Below, piece by piece: positions 33,406 through 46,504 of a DNA stretch of 64,000 nucleotides (position 1 is its first letter; every line of letters starts with the position of its first letter). Below the pieces are notes generated by a model. The model did no database searches. It was given only the letters and a program-made list of their open reading frames with translations, and had not been told where the DNA came from. The position numbers and the translations under genes were made by a program. Source of the DNA: Histomonas meleagridis 2922-C6/04-290x (Eukaryota; Protista; Parabasalia); NCBI GenBank assembly GCA_020184695.1, contig JAANOX010000227.1, positions 1 to 64,000 on the forward strand, written 5' to 3'.

Positions 33406-36400
33406 ATGATTGAATGCATCCATGAAAGGATTTTTTACTATTGGAGACATGGATTATATGGACACATTATTTCCTTATGTCAAAGTCAAATAGAAACACA
33501 AACGACAGATCTTTTTATTCATTTATGGCTTGCTCTATCTTTTGGTATACAAGGAAAAACAAAAGAAGCTTTACAAGAACTCAAAATCTTATCAAGTAGG
33601 AATGATTTAGCTCTTTTATATCAAATTTGTATTTTCTGTATTTGTAGATCAGCATCCAAAAAAGACGATTATGAAAAACAAATATCTACATCAAAAAACT
33701 CCATTAAATCATTAGTTAAAAACTCAAATAATTTTTCGATTGAATCATCAATATTAATTTGTTTATCATTTGGATTCACGTCATTAGCAAACAGTCTTCT
33801 TCGTGCTTCCAAAGATCAAGAGTCATCACTTTATCTTTATGGTTGGCTAGAAGTAATTCAACAACACTTTGAGAAATCATTAGAAATATTTAATTCAATA
33901 TTATCTAAGAAAGTTACATCATCAAATTTAATGGTACTCTACGGAAAATCTGTATGCCAATCCCAATTAAAAGATACCATTGGATGCATTGAGACGTATG
34001 CAAAAATTTTATCCAAATATAATTTTCCCGAAATTGAACTCGAAAAATCGCGACACTTTATATCAATGAACAATTGGACTGTAGGTATCGAAAGCGCCAA
34101 AAATTCTCTTGGAACATGTCCTTCTTCACTTGAATCCAATTTATTTATATTTTTAGATTTAATACTTAACAAAGGCGATCTCAAAACTGCAACACGAACA
34201 ATTGAAGAAATTTTTAATGATTTAATTAAATATGAAAAAGAAAACTGGAGATTATATTCGATGATATTTGAATGTATAATTTCCTTTTGTAGCAATGAAA
34301 AACAAATATTAAAACAAATCATAAAAATTTTTGAAAATTTATATGAAACATTTCCAAATGAAATATATCCAATTATATCATATATTTATACGCAAATCAA
34401 AGAATATGAGAAATCAAATGAAATATTAAGCAAAATAGAAAATGATAATAACTATTCAATTGATACAAGAATTCGACTTTATATCGAATCAAATTATTTA
34501 AATGAAGCACAAAATTGTATCGATTTATTTAATGAAATTGATCATCATGTTTTACAATTACATATTCTTAAAACTAAATTAGATTTATTAAATGGAATAT
34601 GTACTGAAGAAAAATTATTTGATTTACTTAATTGTTTAATAGAACATATTAATATAACAACATCTAAATCATATTATACTAAATTAATACCTTTAGAATT
34701 ACCATTTGAAAAAATATTCGATTTCTTTATCGAATTAAAAATGAATTTAATAATTGAAACTTTCGATCAATTAATTCTACAAAATTCTAATTTAAAATAT
34801 TTTCCAAGTAAAGAATTTTGTAATAAGATAAATCAAGTTTTTAATGTACTTATGAAAATCATAAAAGCTTATCCTCCTTTATATACTTATTATGCAATTT
34901 ATTTAACAAAAATCAAAAGATTTGATAATGCTTTTAATATATTCGAAAATATGTTATATGTTAATAGTTGGCAATATAATTTATCACAATGTTATTTAAA
35001 TACTGCAAAAATTTATTATGAAAGAAATGAAATAAATATTGCAAATGAATATTTGGATTCGATTTCATATGAAAATGACTTTTTATTACGTTTAGAATAT
35101 TTAATATTAAAATCAAAAATAACAAAAAATACAAATTTAATTAAATATGAAAAAAATATTCCATTTGAATATTTAATAGATATTATTTTATTATATATTG
35201 AATTAAATGATTATAAAAAAGCACTTGAAATTTATTCGATTACTTCTAAACTAGCAAAATTATCAAAGGAAAAAGCGATTCTATTAATTTGTCAAGCAAA
35301 ATTATGTGCAACTAATAATCGAATTGATAAATCATTTCAGATTTTAGATAATTTAATGCATAGTAAGAAATATCGTAAAGAAGCTTTAATAGCCAAATCT
35401 GAAATATATTATAATGTATTAAATGATTATAATAATTATATGTTATGTTATAGAAAATTAATTGATAATAATCCAACATATGAAAGTTATATTCTTGAAG
35501 GTGATGCATATTGTAAAATATTTGATTTTAATAATGCAACAAAATCATATTTTAAAGCTTATCAACAAAACAAAGAAATTATTTCGAAACTTTCAACTTG
35601 TTATATTAATTGTCATCAATTTCAAAACGCAATTGATTTATTTAAAAGCGTTTGTATGGTTCCATTAAATGTAATTAAATTAGTATATAAAATGAAAGAA
35701 TATCAAAAAGCAAAACAATTTTTGATAAACTCAATTGGTTTTATAAAAAACTCGAAACCAATTTTATGCTTAAAATATTATGAATTACTTGGTAATGTAT
35801 ATAAAGATTTAAATGAAATTAATGAATCTATTGAACAATATACAAATATATTAGAAATATATAAAAATATTTTTAATGATATAAATTCAAATATTTTTAT
35901 TAATCATTTAAAAAAAAGAGCTTCAATCGTTGCATATAATTTAGCAAATTTAATAACAGAAAAAGAAAAAATTATCGAATTGTATCAACTTTCACTTGAA
36001 TATGATAATTTAAATATAAATTCATTCACTTCTCTTTTTAACATATATAAAAATCGTAATAACATTGAACTATGTCAACAGTTATGTATGAATAACTTAG
36101 CAAAAAATCCAGAAAATGAATTTGTCGTATTACAATTATCAACAATTGAAAATCATGATTACACTAAATCAATTAATTCACTCGAATATATATTAAATAT
36201 TAAACCTAAATCATATAATTGTTTAATTCGTCTCATTGAATTTCTGCACGAGCAGGAAAATTACAAATTGCGAAGAATCGTTTATTAAAATATTCGAATA
36301 ATAATAAATGTTCTGGAATTAGTTTTTCACGAGGTTTATATCATTTATATATTGGTGACATTAATGAATCCTTAAAACATTTTGAAATTTCTTCATTGAA

Positions 36401-37154
36401 TAATAATAAATGGAATATCCTTTCTAAAGTTTATATGTTTAATATTTATATAAATCCTTTTCGAAAATATATTTGGTATGAAAATAATAAAGAACCACTT
36501 TCATCAGTCGAAATGTTCGATAAAGCAAATGAAATAATTGAAAATATTAATGTTTCGGAAAACGAAAAACTTTTAATGAAAGCCGATTTATTATCTGCTC
36601 AAAACACTGATGAAACAATTGAAAACGCAATTGATTTATATCAACAAATCATTAAATTAAATAATACATTTATACCTGCTTACATTGGAATTATTCGATG
36701 TGAAATTAGAAATGAAAATTATCAAAGCGCTGAAGAATATTTAAATAAAGTTTTGAATAAAAAGCCTTTTCATGAGAATTATTCATACTTCGAAGAAGCT
36801 TATTTAATGAAAGCTTATATAACAAAATCTGAAAAAGATTTACATCTCGCACAACATTATATTTGTATGGCAATCGACTTAAACTTATGCTCTAAAAAGG
36901 GATGGGAAATGAATGGAATTATCCAAATGAAAAATAAAAAATACGAAGAAGCAATGAATTCATTCGAAAGATGTTGGAACTTGACTAATAAAAAAGATAA
37001 TGAAATCGCAAAAGCACTTGCTAAATGCGCACTAAAAGCAAAAAATCCGTGTCAAGCTTTGTTGACTTGTAGAGAAATATTGAATATAAATCCATTAAAA
37101 GATGAATTGGCTGACAAAATTATAATACCGGCGTTCAAATTACTAAAGAAATAA
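33406..37154 (+). CDS. TTC21B: TPR protein TTC21B/IFT139, split by a 1-nt frameshift near 36242
   Basis: N-term IFYYWRHGLYGHIISLC; the shifted frame reads SARAGKLQIAK...RGLYHLYIGDINESLKHF into ORF 36396; C-term IDLNLCSKKGWEMNGII...ALAKCALKAK resembles the IFT139 tail. Confidence 0.75.
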
Positions 37155-38264
37155 ATGTTTTTTATTGTTTTATGAATAAATATAATGTTCATGAAATTTT
37201 TAACAATTTTGCATGATTTTGAAGCTTTATAATAAAACACCAAATAATATCGTCTTGTACAAGAAAAAATTTAACGAATATATATTGATTATACTATCTG
37301 TAGATATTTCCTTTTCATGTATCATTTATCAAATAATTTTAAACCTGGATGTACATGGATTAACTTAAAGCCACAACGTTTGTTTACATTTAAATAAGAG
37401 TATTTTAATTCCATTAAAAAAAATACTGATTTTAATCACTACAAGATAATTATCATTATACCGTTTTCTTAAGGAAAAAGAAAACCCATAATGAAAAAAC
37501 CAAGATCAATATCAACAATTGATAATGATTAAAATTCCTTTTTCAATCCTAAAGAATATCCATTTAATTATATTTCTGAAATATTCTAAAACATGTTTCA
37601 AATGGATATTCTTAATAGATTTATTAACTTAAGGGCTGGCTTTGTAATTATTTAACAATTTTCATATATTGTTCATTCCTCTCAGCCATTAATTAAGCGT
37701 TAAAATATTTCTCTTTCTCCTTAACAGTTCTCATCTGTAAAAAAAAATTTGCGTTTTTTTATTTTTACAGACATCGTATTGGAAGTCTTCGTGTAACAAA
37801 TAAAAATTTGTAGAGATGATACTTTTGTATTCCTTTGGCGTCATCGAGTGGTAATATGTAAATAACACATGTAAGTTTCAGGAATAATATCATCATTGAA
37901 AATAATTTTGGTGAGAGAAATTATAAATTCACGTATTGGGACATACGCAAAAAGTTTATTTTCACACATGAAATTCGATATTCACAAAATATTAGTTAAG
38001 CACGAAGACCTTCAATATCATCAGAATCTTCAGTTATCATTTTAATTGTATAATCGACTTCTCTGGAAGTGTGCAAAGGAATCTCTAAATCAATATGACG
38101 TCCGTGTGCGCGAGGACATTAACGAGTGCCCACAGCATTACCTGAACGAGATTACGCCCGACATCAATAAAATTAAAACCATAAAAAAGGCAATATCAAA
38201 ATGAACACTTTCATTTCCAGATTTATTTCGCAATGATATTACTTCTCAGTTCCCATACATTATA

Positions 38265-39944
38265 TTAATTTGTTTCTTTCTTCTTAATAAAGTATGAGAA
38301 CAGCAGCTCCTCGATTATCTTCCACCTCCACTGCGGGTTCTTCAAGCTTTGCTTCAGCTTTGTCGCATGTTCGACTGTGTACTCTATCAGCTTCTGCACG
38401 GATTTGATGTATTTCTCAATTGGCGGCAATTCCATGTCGACTTTTCCTTCGTATTTTCCGGTAATCTTTGACAAAAACATTGACAGCGACTGCTGACCTC
38501 TGATGCTGACTGTCGTTTGCTGCACTTGCGTCGCTGTTTGCGATATCGCATGCGTTACTAATACCATTGTCTTACGTATTGGATCAGAAGTGTTAAATCG
38601 ATCCATTAATGCTGGAACAATTAACTTGACAAAGAACAATGTGTTAACTCCAATGTATGGATTACGGGCTTCATTACCAAATTTTTTGAATGTGCAGATA
38701 AACACATAACGACACAAATCAAAAACAATAGATGGAAATGAACAACAATTTTCTATTAACGCTACCCAAAAACTATCAAAAATTCGGGCAACAAATATTT
38801 CTGTCTCTAGTTCCGAATTATTATAGCTACTGGCAACAGAACAGACTTTATCGAGAATGCGATCAATGACATCTTTTGATGTCTTGTGCATGATGTTTAC
38901 CAAAAAGTTGAGCGTGACGGTTTGCTTCTGAAAAAGTTCTTCGGGGGTTTTGATGAGTTCCATCTCGTTCCAAACAGCGACTTTAAGGATGAAAAGATGA
39001 CGACGGAAGAAAAGAGCAACGTTGGTAAGGTAGGTAAGGAGCTTGTCGTTTTGTGGTGAAATTTCATCCATGGATAAGATAAGGGCTTGCGCAAAATATC
39101 CATCAACACCCGTAAACATCTTACCAAGAAAATCAATGGCTTTCATTGGATAGGAACCTTGTTGCTTATGAAGTGTTTCACATGACCATATTACAAGTTC
39201 AAGATAATCATGCTTATTGAGAATTTCATTAAACTTGTCTTCAATAACTTTACCATCAGAGCTTAAAGGAGTGATTTTGGTGGAACTGTTTGTCGTTTTG
39301 TCAGTGAAAATTGTTTCTTCAACATTTTTATGTGTTTGATAACTGATTTTACCACTCCCAAATGATTTTGCTCCGTTGTAAATGGAAACATTAGCGCTTC
39401 TAGAAGAAAAGAATACAGTTAAAGGATTCTTTGAATTTGGATTTCGAATATGAAGAATAAGATGTTTGTTATATGGAGTCTTGTCTTGTGTTAAATGGGA
39501 ATAAAAATTCTCTAAAAGCCATTGTCTTGCTTGGTCTTTGTAAAGAGATCCATTTGATAAAAGAATTTCCATGTATTGATAGAAACATTCAAAAGCAAAG
39601 TGCTGCCATGGGGTTAGATAGTCATTAAGTGTTACAAGAGGTTGGTGAGCTTGAGCAAAGATAACTTCACTAGAAACAATCTTTGGAAGAATGTCGAAGA
39701 TAGGTTGAGGTGGCAAACCAACAGAAAAATCAATGAAGTGAATGGGGTTACGACGAACAGTATGGTTCCTCAGAAGCTCATTGAGAGTTTTGATGAAATT
39801 CTTTGGACCCATAAAATTTTGATATATTTCTTCATAAATTGATGATGGATCGACTGTGGTGGATGGTTGCTTGGCAACAACGGATTTCATGTAATAAGTT
39901 CCCTTCGGAAAAGAATAAAACCCGAAGATAGTTTCGAAAGACAT
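38265..39944 (-). CDS. RasGAP-domain protein
   Basis: PEELFQKQT (arginine-finger region, R not retained), IFDLCRYVF, GVNTLFFVKLIVPAL (FLRFFCPA-like). Confidence 0.65.
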   Translation of the reverse strand: MSFETIFGFYSFPKGTYYMKSVVAKQPSTTVDPSSIYEEIYQNFMGPKNFIKTLNELLRNHTVRRNPIHFIDFSVGLPPQPIFDILPKIVSSEVIFAQAHQPLVTLNDYLTPWQHFAFECFYQYMEILLSNGSLYKDQARQWLLENFYSHLTQDKTPYNKHLILHIRNPNSKNPLTVFFSSRSANVSIYNGAKSFGSGKISYQTHKNVEETIFTDKTTNSSTKITPLSSDGKVIEDKFNEILNKHDYLELVIWSCETLHKQQGSYPMKAIDFLGKMFTGVDGYFAQALILSMDEISPQNDKLLTYLTNVALFFRRHLFILKVAVWNEMELIKTPEELFQKQTVTLNFLVNIMHKTSKDVIDRILDKVCSVASSYNNSELETEIFVARIFDSFWVALIENCCSFPSIVFDLCRYVFICTFKKFGNEARNPYIGVNTLFFVKLIVPALMDRFNTSDPIRKTMVLVTHAISQTATQVQQTTVSIRGQQSLSMFLSKITGKYEGKVDMELPPIEKYIKSVQKLIEYTVEHATKLKQSLKNPQWRWKIIEELLFSYFIKKKETN

Positions 39945-40059
39945 TTAAATGGTACTTCTGAGCTTTACAAAAAATTACCAATTTTACTTGTTGTGAAATA
40001 AAGTATTCAAAATCTTCAAATTATTAAACGTCTTGTAAGGATAAGTATATTTCCCAAGC

Positions 40060-40530
40060 AAGAAAAAACAGAAGAAAGTAGTTCTGACTCAGATATAGTT
40101 ATTAATGAAGATAATTCAAAATCAAAAAATAATTTGTTCAAATTTCCAATATTATCCCCTGATTTGATTGAGATAACATCTTCTTCACTCAGGAAAATTT
40201 TCATGTAAATGAACAAACTGAATGTAAATACTGTCCAGAAAGTGGAGAATTATTAGAAAATTCATTTACTCAAAACAAAAATCAATAATTTTCAAGTTCA
40301 GATGATGAAGTTTTTCCAGGTCCCTGCTCTTTAAAATCACCTGACCACACACATATGAACGAAGTCAAGTTGTGATTTCAAATCTCGCAATATTTTGAGC
40401 TACAAGCGTTTGGCAAACAAATAACACATGGCTGATTCTGGGGTCAGCATTCCAGTTACCATATTGAAGGCAATTCTAGGTGAAGAAGGTGTGGACTTTC
40501 TGGTTGAAAAAAATAGTTTGAGAAAGGGAT
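40060..40530 (+). pseudogene. Internally deleted duplicate of the SLX4-like gene
   Basis: Near-identical to 42472-42590, 42685-42855 and 43460-43555, with deletions and stops. Confidence 0.8.
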
Positions 40531-40769
40531 CGGGTTGGTTGTGCCAATTAGGCAGTTGCTACAGTTAACATCGGATATCGGAATTGGCCAGAGATTCAGT
40601 CAAAATTTGAATAAAGTTTTGTGAGGGAATCATTATGTCGATTGAAAAGGAGGAAGAATCGGCGATCATCCCCCAGAAAATTGAATGGAATAAAAATGCA
40701 TAACTGTTTTGACAGTCAAATAATTTCAACTTTTGAATAAGTGATGGTTCCAGGTTCATTCCGAAGAAA

Positions 40770-42171
40770 ATGTTCTCACATGCAATTGTTCCCTTGTTTA
40801 TAACTGTTTTTATAACTCTTGGATATCAGATATTATATCATGAGAAAAATAAAACTCTAATAATCACAAACGAGACGGATTTGAGTCAAATTGACAAAGA
40901 GAATATAATAATAAATTACATTTTCATCTATAACATGAGTGTGCTTGCAGACTGGTGCTTTGAAGAACGTGATGATATCTCTTCTTTGTATATCGGGGAT
41001 ACTATTAAAACAATTAATGAAGGGATTTTTGCTAGATGTTCAAATTTATCAGAAGTTATCATTGGTAACAATGTTGAAGTTATTAAAAAGCAGGCATTCA
41101 AAATATGTACCAGTTTAAAAAGTATTAATATTCCCGACTCAGTTACTGAAATTGGAGCAGAAGCATTTTATGAATGCTTTAATTTAAAGAATTTAACTAT
41201 TGGTAAGAACGTTAAAATCATTGGAGATCGCGCATTTAAATCATGTATAAGTATACAATGTGTCGAAATCCCAGACTATGTTAGTGATATTGGGAAAGAA
41301 GGATTTTATAATTGTTCAAGCTTAAAAACTTTAATTATCAGAAATGGTATTAAGGAAATAAGTTTTGATCAGTTTCAATATTGTTATAACTTAACCACAC
41401 TTGTAATCGGTGAAAATGTAGGAAAATTTGGAGATGATACATTTGAGGATTGTAAAAATATTGAAAAAATTTATTTTAATGGAGAAAATCAACCAGAATT
41501 TGGAACTGATGCATTTCGAGGTGTAAATGCAATAGTTATAACAAAAGATGAATATAAAGGAGAATTTAATGGAATGACAATAATAAAAATTGGAGAACTA
41601 TCACCAACGCTTACATATACAGAATCGAATACATTAACTAAAACAAATACATTTACAAAATCAAATACATATTCAGAATCGAATACGTTTTCATTATCAA
41701 ATATATCAAGTTCATATATTTTAACACATTCTTTATCAATGATAACATCATTTTCCAAAGTTATAACTTTATCAAACACTTATTCACTTTCTTTATTTAA
41801 TTCAAAATTTACTTACGTTTATTCAAAATTTATATTTTTATGATTATACAGTTGTTTATTATTCGACATATATCAGTTTTTATTCTAATTTTTATACAAA
41901 TCTCAAGACGAAAGATATTAATCAAGAAAAACAACTTTCGAAAGGATTTCTTATTGGAATTATTTGTGGAACAGTTTTAATTATAATGATTATTATCACA
42001 TTAATTGTTTTTATATTTCGTCATCAACAAAATAAAGAACGAACGAAAGTTACGAAAACACAAAGTGATAAAAGTTCACATTATACATCATCGATTAGCA
42101 ATGGAAACAAAGTTAGTGCAGATCAAAAGATTAACGAATATGTTCTTGGTGAAAATGATCAATGGATTTAA
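40770..42171 (+). CDS. BspA-like LRR surface protein, copy 1 (+1 T frameshift near 41838)
   Basis: IPDSVTEIGAEAFYEC repeats and TKSNT stalk; TM/tail lies in ORF 41986-42171; one extra T compared with copies 2 and 3. Confidence 0.85.
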
Positions 42172-42441
42172 TGAATTTCATATAAATTATTTTTATATCG
42201 GTTTCTATTTAGAAATTTAATAAAAATAAGCTGGGTTTTGGATTTTATTTTTTTAGAGCCATAAATGAAGACATATTTCTCAAGATAGATCGTGACTGGT
42301 ATTCTAATTGACATCAAAAGAAGATATGATGAAAAAACCGAATGACCCCAAAAGAAGTGCACTTCTTGATTGGAAATAAAGTATTCAAAATTTCCATGGA
42401 ATTAAACGTCTTGTAAATACAACTTATCCATTTAAAACAAA

Positions 42442-43566
42442 GTGGAAACATCATTAAATAAAGAAATTGAAGAAAGTAGTTCTGACTCAGATATAGTTAT
42501 TATTGAAGATAATTCAAAACCAAAAAATAATTTGTTCAAATTCCCAATATTATCACCTGATTTGATTGAAATAACATCTTCTTCACAACCCATTCAGTCA
42601 CCCAACAAATTTAGTTCAAGAGCCTCAAAAAAACGATTGATTTTTAATATCGATTCAAGCTCTTCTTCTGATAATGAAAAACACAATTTTCATATAAATG
42701 AACAAACTGAATGTAAAGGCTGTACAGAAAGTGAAGAATTATTAGAAAATTCATTTACTCAAAACAAAAATCAAGAATTTTCAAGTTCAGATGATGAAGT
42801 TTTACCAGGTCCATGCTCTTTAAAATCACCTGACTACGAACGCATGAACGAAGTTATTCATCAAACAACAGAAGACAATCTTAATTCGAATGATGCATCC
42901 AATATTTCAGCAAAATCAGGTGCCACTTCTGATGGTTCAAATTCGTTCAATTTAGATTTCCCACTTCCAACGCCAGAATCACCAAATAATAAAAAATTCC
43001 AAGATGTAATCGATATCCTATCACAATCATCTAGTCAGCCAATTATGTTTCAGCAGCTGAACCTCAATAAAGGTAAGGCGCCAATTTCAGCACCATCAGA
43101 TGCAGAACAACGTTTTCATGAGAAGATGCAGAAAGCCCGAGAAACATACCTAAAAATGGTCGAAGATGCGCTCAAAGAACTTGAGTCCCCACCAAAAATA
43201 CAAGTTCAAGCACCACCTGTCTTCGAAACAATGACTGATGAACAAATGGAAGAGGAACTTTCACGCTTTGGATTTCGTTTTACGACACGACAAGCAGCGA
43301 TTTCAAAGCTGGCGAGATGTTGGGCGGCAAAAGCTAACCAAGAAAAAGCGATACCAGCAGAAACAAACCCACTCGACTTCATAAGGAATCGAAGTAAATT
43401 TTATGAACAGATACTCGTGTACCAACCGGTGCCGCTAGGTGAATTGTATAGAGAAATGGTTGATTCTGGTGTTGATATTCCAGTTAGCAGATTGAAGGCA
43501 ATTCTAGATGAAGAAGGAGTGGCTTTCCTGGATGAAAAAAATAGAATGAGAAAGGGACACAACTGA
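42442..43566 (+). CDS. SLX4: SLX4-like structure-specific endonuclease scaffold
   Basis: Low-complexity N-term; SAP-like PVFETMTDEQMEEELSRFGF; C-terminal FYEQILVYQPVPLGEL...LKAILDEEGVAF. Confidence 0.7.
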   Translation: METSLNKEIEESSSDSDIVIIEDNSKPKNNLFKFPILSPDLIEITSSSQPIQSPNKFSSRASKKRLIFNIDSSSSSDNEKHNFHINEQTECKGCTESEELLENSFTQNKNQEFSSSDDEVLPGPCSLKSPDYERMNEVIHQTTEDNLNSNDASNISAKSGATSDGSNSFNLDFPLPTPESPNNKKFQDVIDILSQSSSQPIMFQQLNLNKGKAPISAPSDAEQRFHEKMQKARETYLKMVEDALKELESPPKIQVQAPPVFETMTDEQMEEELSRFGFRFTTRQAAISKLARCWAAKANQEKAIPAETNPLDFIRNRSKFYEQILVYQPVPLGELYREMVDSGVDIPVSRLKAILDEEGVAFLDEKNRMRKGHN

Positions 43567-43746
43567 TTGTATATTTGGAGGATGTTACCTTTGACTGTAA
43601 AGGATGTTCATGTTTGGGGCGGTTCAATTGAATAAGTCAAAAAGTTTTGTGAGGGTAATTGAAAAGTCAATTCAAAACTCAATGAAAATTGAATGAAATA
43701 AAGCAACATCGCATGGGCGGTTTACATTATTTTTTCTTGTAAGAAA

Positions 43747-45330
43747 ATGATCTCTTTCTCATTTATTTCCATGAATATCCTTTTAAGGCATGCATACCAA
43801 GTATGCCCTGCTACAGCTGATTTAAATATTTCAGATTCAATCATTAAAAATGATGCATATGATGCTTGTTCAAATATAAATACATTGGTTATTGGTAAGA
43901 ATGTTGAAGAAATTGGAGATCGTGCATTTAGGTATTGTACGGGTATAAAAAGTGTTGACATTCCAGATTCAGTTACTTTTATTGGCGAAGAAGCATTTCG
44001 TGGTTGTTCAAGTTTGATTAATTTGACAATTGGCACAAATGTTTCAAGAATAGAAAAATATGCATTCAAGGAATGTAGAAGTATATTAAGTGTTAATATT
44101 CCTGACTCAGTTACTTTTATTGGTGAAGAAGTGTTTTATGGTTGTTCAGCATTAAAAACATTAATTATTGGCGATGGTATAACCGAGATAAAGAGTCGTC
44201 AGTTTGGTAATTGTGATAACCTTGAAACAGTTGTTATTGGAAACAAAGTTGAAAAGATTGGTGACGAACTATTTGACAACTGTAAAGAGCTGACAACAGT
44301 TACCCTTGGCAAAAATGTTAAGGAAATTGGAGCTTTTGCTTTTCGTGAATGTACGAACATAAAAACCATTTATTTTTATGGTAAAAATGAACCAAAATTT
44401 GGATCTGAGGCTTTTCGCAATGTCAAAGCAAGAGTAATAACAAATGACAACTATGAATATGGTTTTAATGGAATGGAAACTGTCAAAAATAGTAATTTTT
44501 CAACATATACACTTGCTAATTCAAATACATTTACGAAATCAAATATATTTTCAACAAACTCATTTACAAAATCAAATACATTTACTAAATCAAATACATT
44601 TACTAAATCAAATACATTTACTAGATCAAATACATTTACTAAATCAAATACATCTACAAAATCAAGCACTTTCACGTTATCAAATGCATTTTCAACAAAC
44701 TCATTTACAAAATCAAACACTTTCACGTTATCAAATGCATTTACAAAATCAAATCCATTTACAAAATCAAGTACATTATCTGTATCAAATACATTAACTA
44801 AAACAAATACATTTACAAAATCAAATACATATTCAGAATCGAATACGTTTTCATTATCAAATATATCAAGTTCATATATTTTAACACATTCTTTATCAAT
44901 GATAACATCATTTTCCAAAGTTATAACTTTATCAAACACTTATTCACTTTCTTTATTTAATTCAAAATTTACTTACGTTTATTCAAAATTTATATTTTAT
45001 GATTATACAGTTGTTTATTATTCGACATATATCAGTTTTTATTCTAATTTTTATACAAATCTCAAGACGAAAGATATTAATCAAGAAAAACAACTTTCGA
45101 AAGGATTTCTTATTGGAATTATTTGTGGAACAGTTTTAATTATAATGATTATTATCACATTAATTGTTTTTATATTTCGTCATCAACAAAAATAAAGAAC
45201 GAACGAAAGTTACGAAAACACAAAGTGATAAAAGTTCACATTATACATCATCGATTAGCAATGGAAACAAAGTTAGTGCAGATCAAAAGATTAACGAATA
45301 TGTTCTTGGTGAAAATGATCAATGGATTTA
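43747..45330 (+). CDS. BspA-like LRR surface protein, copy 2 (+1 A near 45190 truncates the tail)
   Basis: LRR repeats, long TKSNTF stalk, TM; CAACAAAAATAA versus CAACAAAATAAA in the other copies. Confidence 0.85.
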
Positions 45331-45879
45331 ATGAATTTCATATAAATTATTTTTATATCGGTTTCTATTTAGAAATTTAATAAAAATAAATTAGATTTTA
45401 TATTTTATGTTTTTTTAGAGCCATAAATGAAGACATATTTCTCAGTAATTTTTAGATTAAGTAATTTTTTTGTTTAAAAATATTTTGCTCTCTCTATTCA
45501 CTGTATCAATATTTGAACAATTTGATATAAATTTGTTACAATTTACTTTAAATATCTTAAAATAATGAATTATAAGAATTAACTATAAAGATATATGATC
45601 TTAATAATATGAAAACTAATGTTGATGAGTCCCCATTTGGTATTTTATCGTGTGGCTGAAGAGTTATATACAAAATAAGTTTGGGATAAAAATCTTAATA
45701 CAAATTCTAAGCAAAAACAAAATTAATTAACTTTATAGGGAATAAGAATTAAATGTTTCTGCGTAATAATTGCTCATGTCAAATATATTATAATGAGAAC
45801 AATTACTTGGTCGATTGCACAAACTTATAGTTGAGACAGAACAAGAATATCAATTTAGAAAACAAAAATGTGGAACACA

Positions 45880-46300
45880 TTTTCATTTATAAAAATGTTC
45901 AAATATTCGCAAAAATTTAATAACCTCATATGCCTTTTTATTTTGGTTCTGTTAAATCAATTGGTGATGGTATTTTTTATTCATGCGAAAAATTATCATA
46001 ATTCATCATTGATAAAAAGTGAAGGAAATCAAAAACCTAAGCTTAAAAGGTGTTGAAATTCTTGACTCTGTTACTTGTCTTGGCTATGAAAAATCTCCGC
46101 GTGTTCAAATTTAACGAAATTAATTAATTATTGGAAATAGAATGTAATAAGTTTTGATCAATTAAATGAATGCAATAATTTGGAAGTAATTGCCATAGGA
46201 AATAATGTAACCGATCAAATGATTCGCTTTGATGAATTAAAGAACCTAAAGAACCTATTTAAAATATTTTGATAATTTCAATTTCAAGCAATTTTTTGTC
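45880..46300 (+). pseudogene. BspA-like remnant
   Basis: Fragments resembling the 46505 gene (gttgaaattcttgactctgttact, gaatgcaataatttggaagtaattg), with stops. Confidence 0.55.
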
Positions 46301-46504
46301 AACCATACCTCCAAAGTTTGTAGTTTGCTGGAAGTTCTTGTTCGGACGATCATTCCAAAGCATTCGATCATTCATCTAAAGAATAAACCATTGAATTTTT
46401 TACAGCAACATTCAATTTAACCCCTCTGCCGGTTCAAAAGTAAATGATTATCTTTAGAAAATTGAATTTGAAACCATCGATGGTTGTTGTTACAACCACC
46501 CAGA

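Noticed and set aside
37290-38200. Possible decayed gene
   Set aside because: No sustained frame or recognisable motif.
44444-44939. Alternative-frame and antisense ORFs over BspA stalks (also over the Cys-rich gene, DOCK, HDAC and histones)
   Set aside because: Shadow ORFs produced by repetitive or biased codon usage.
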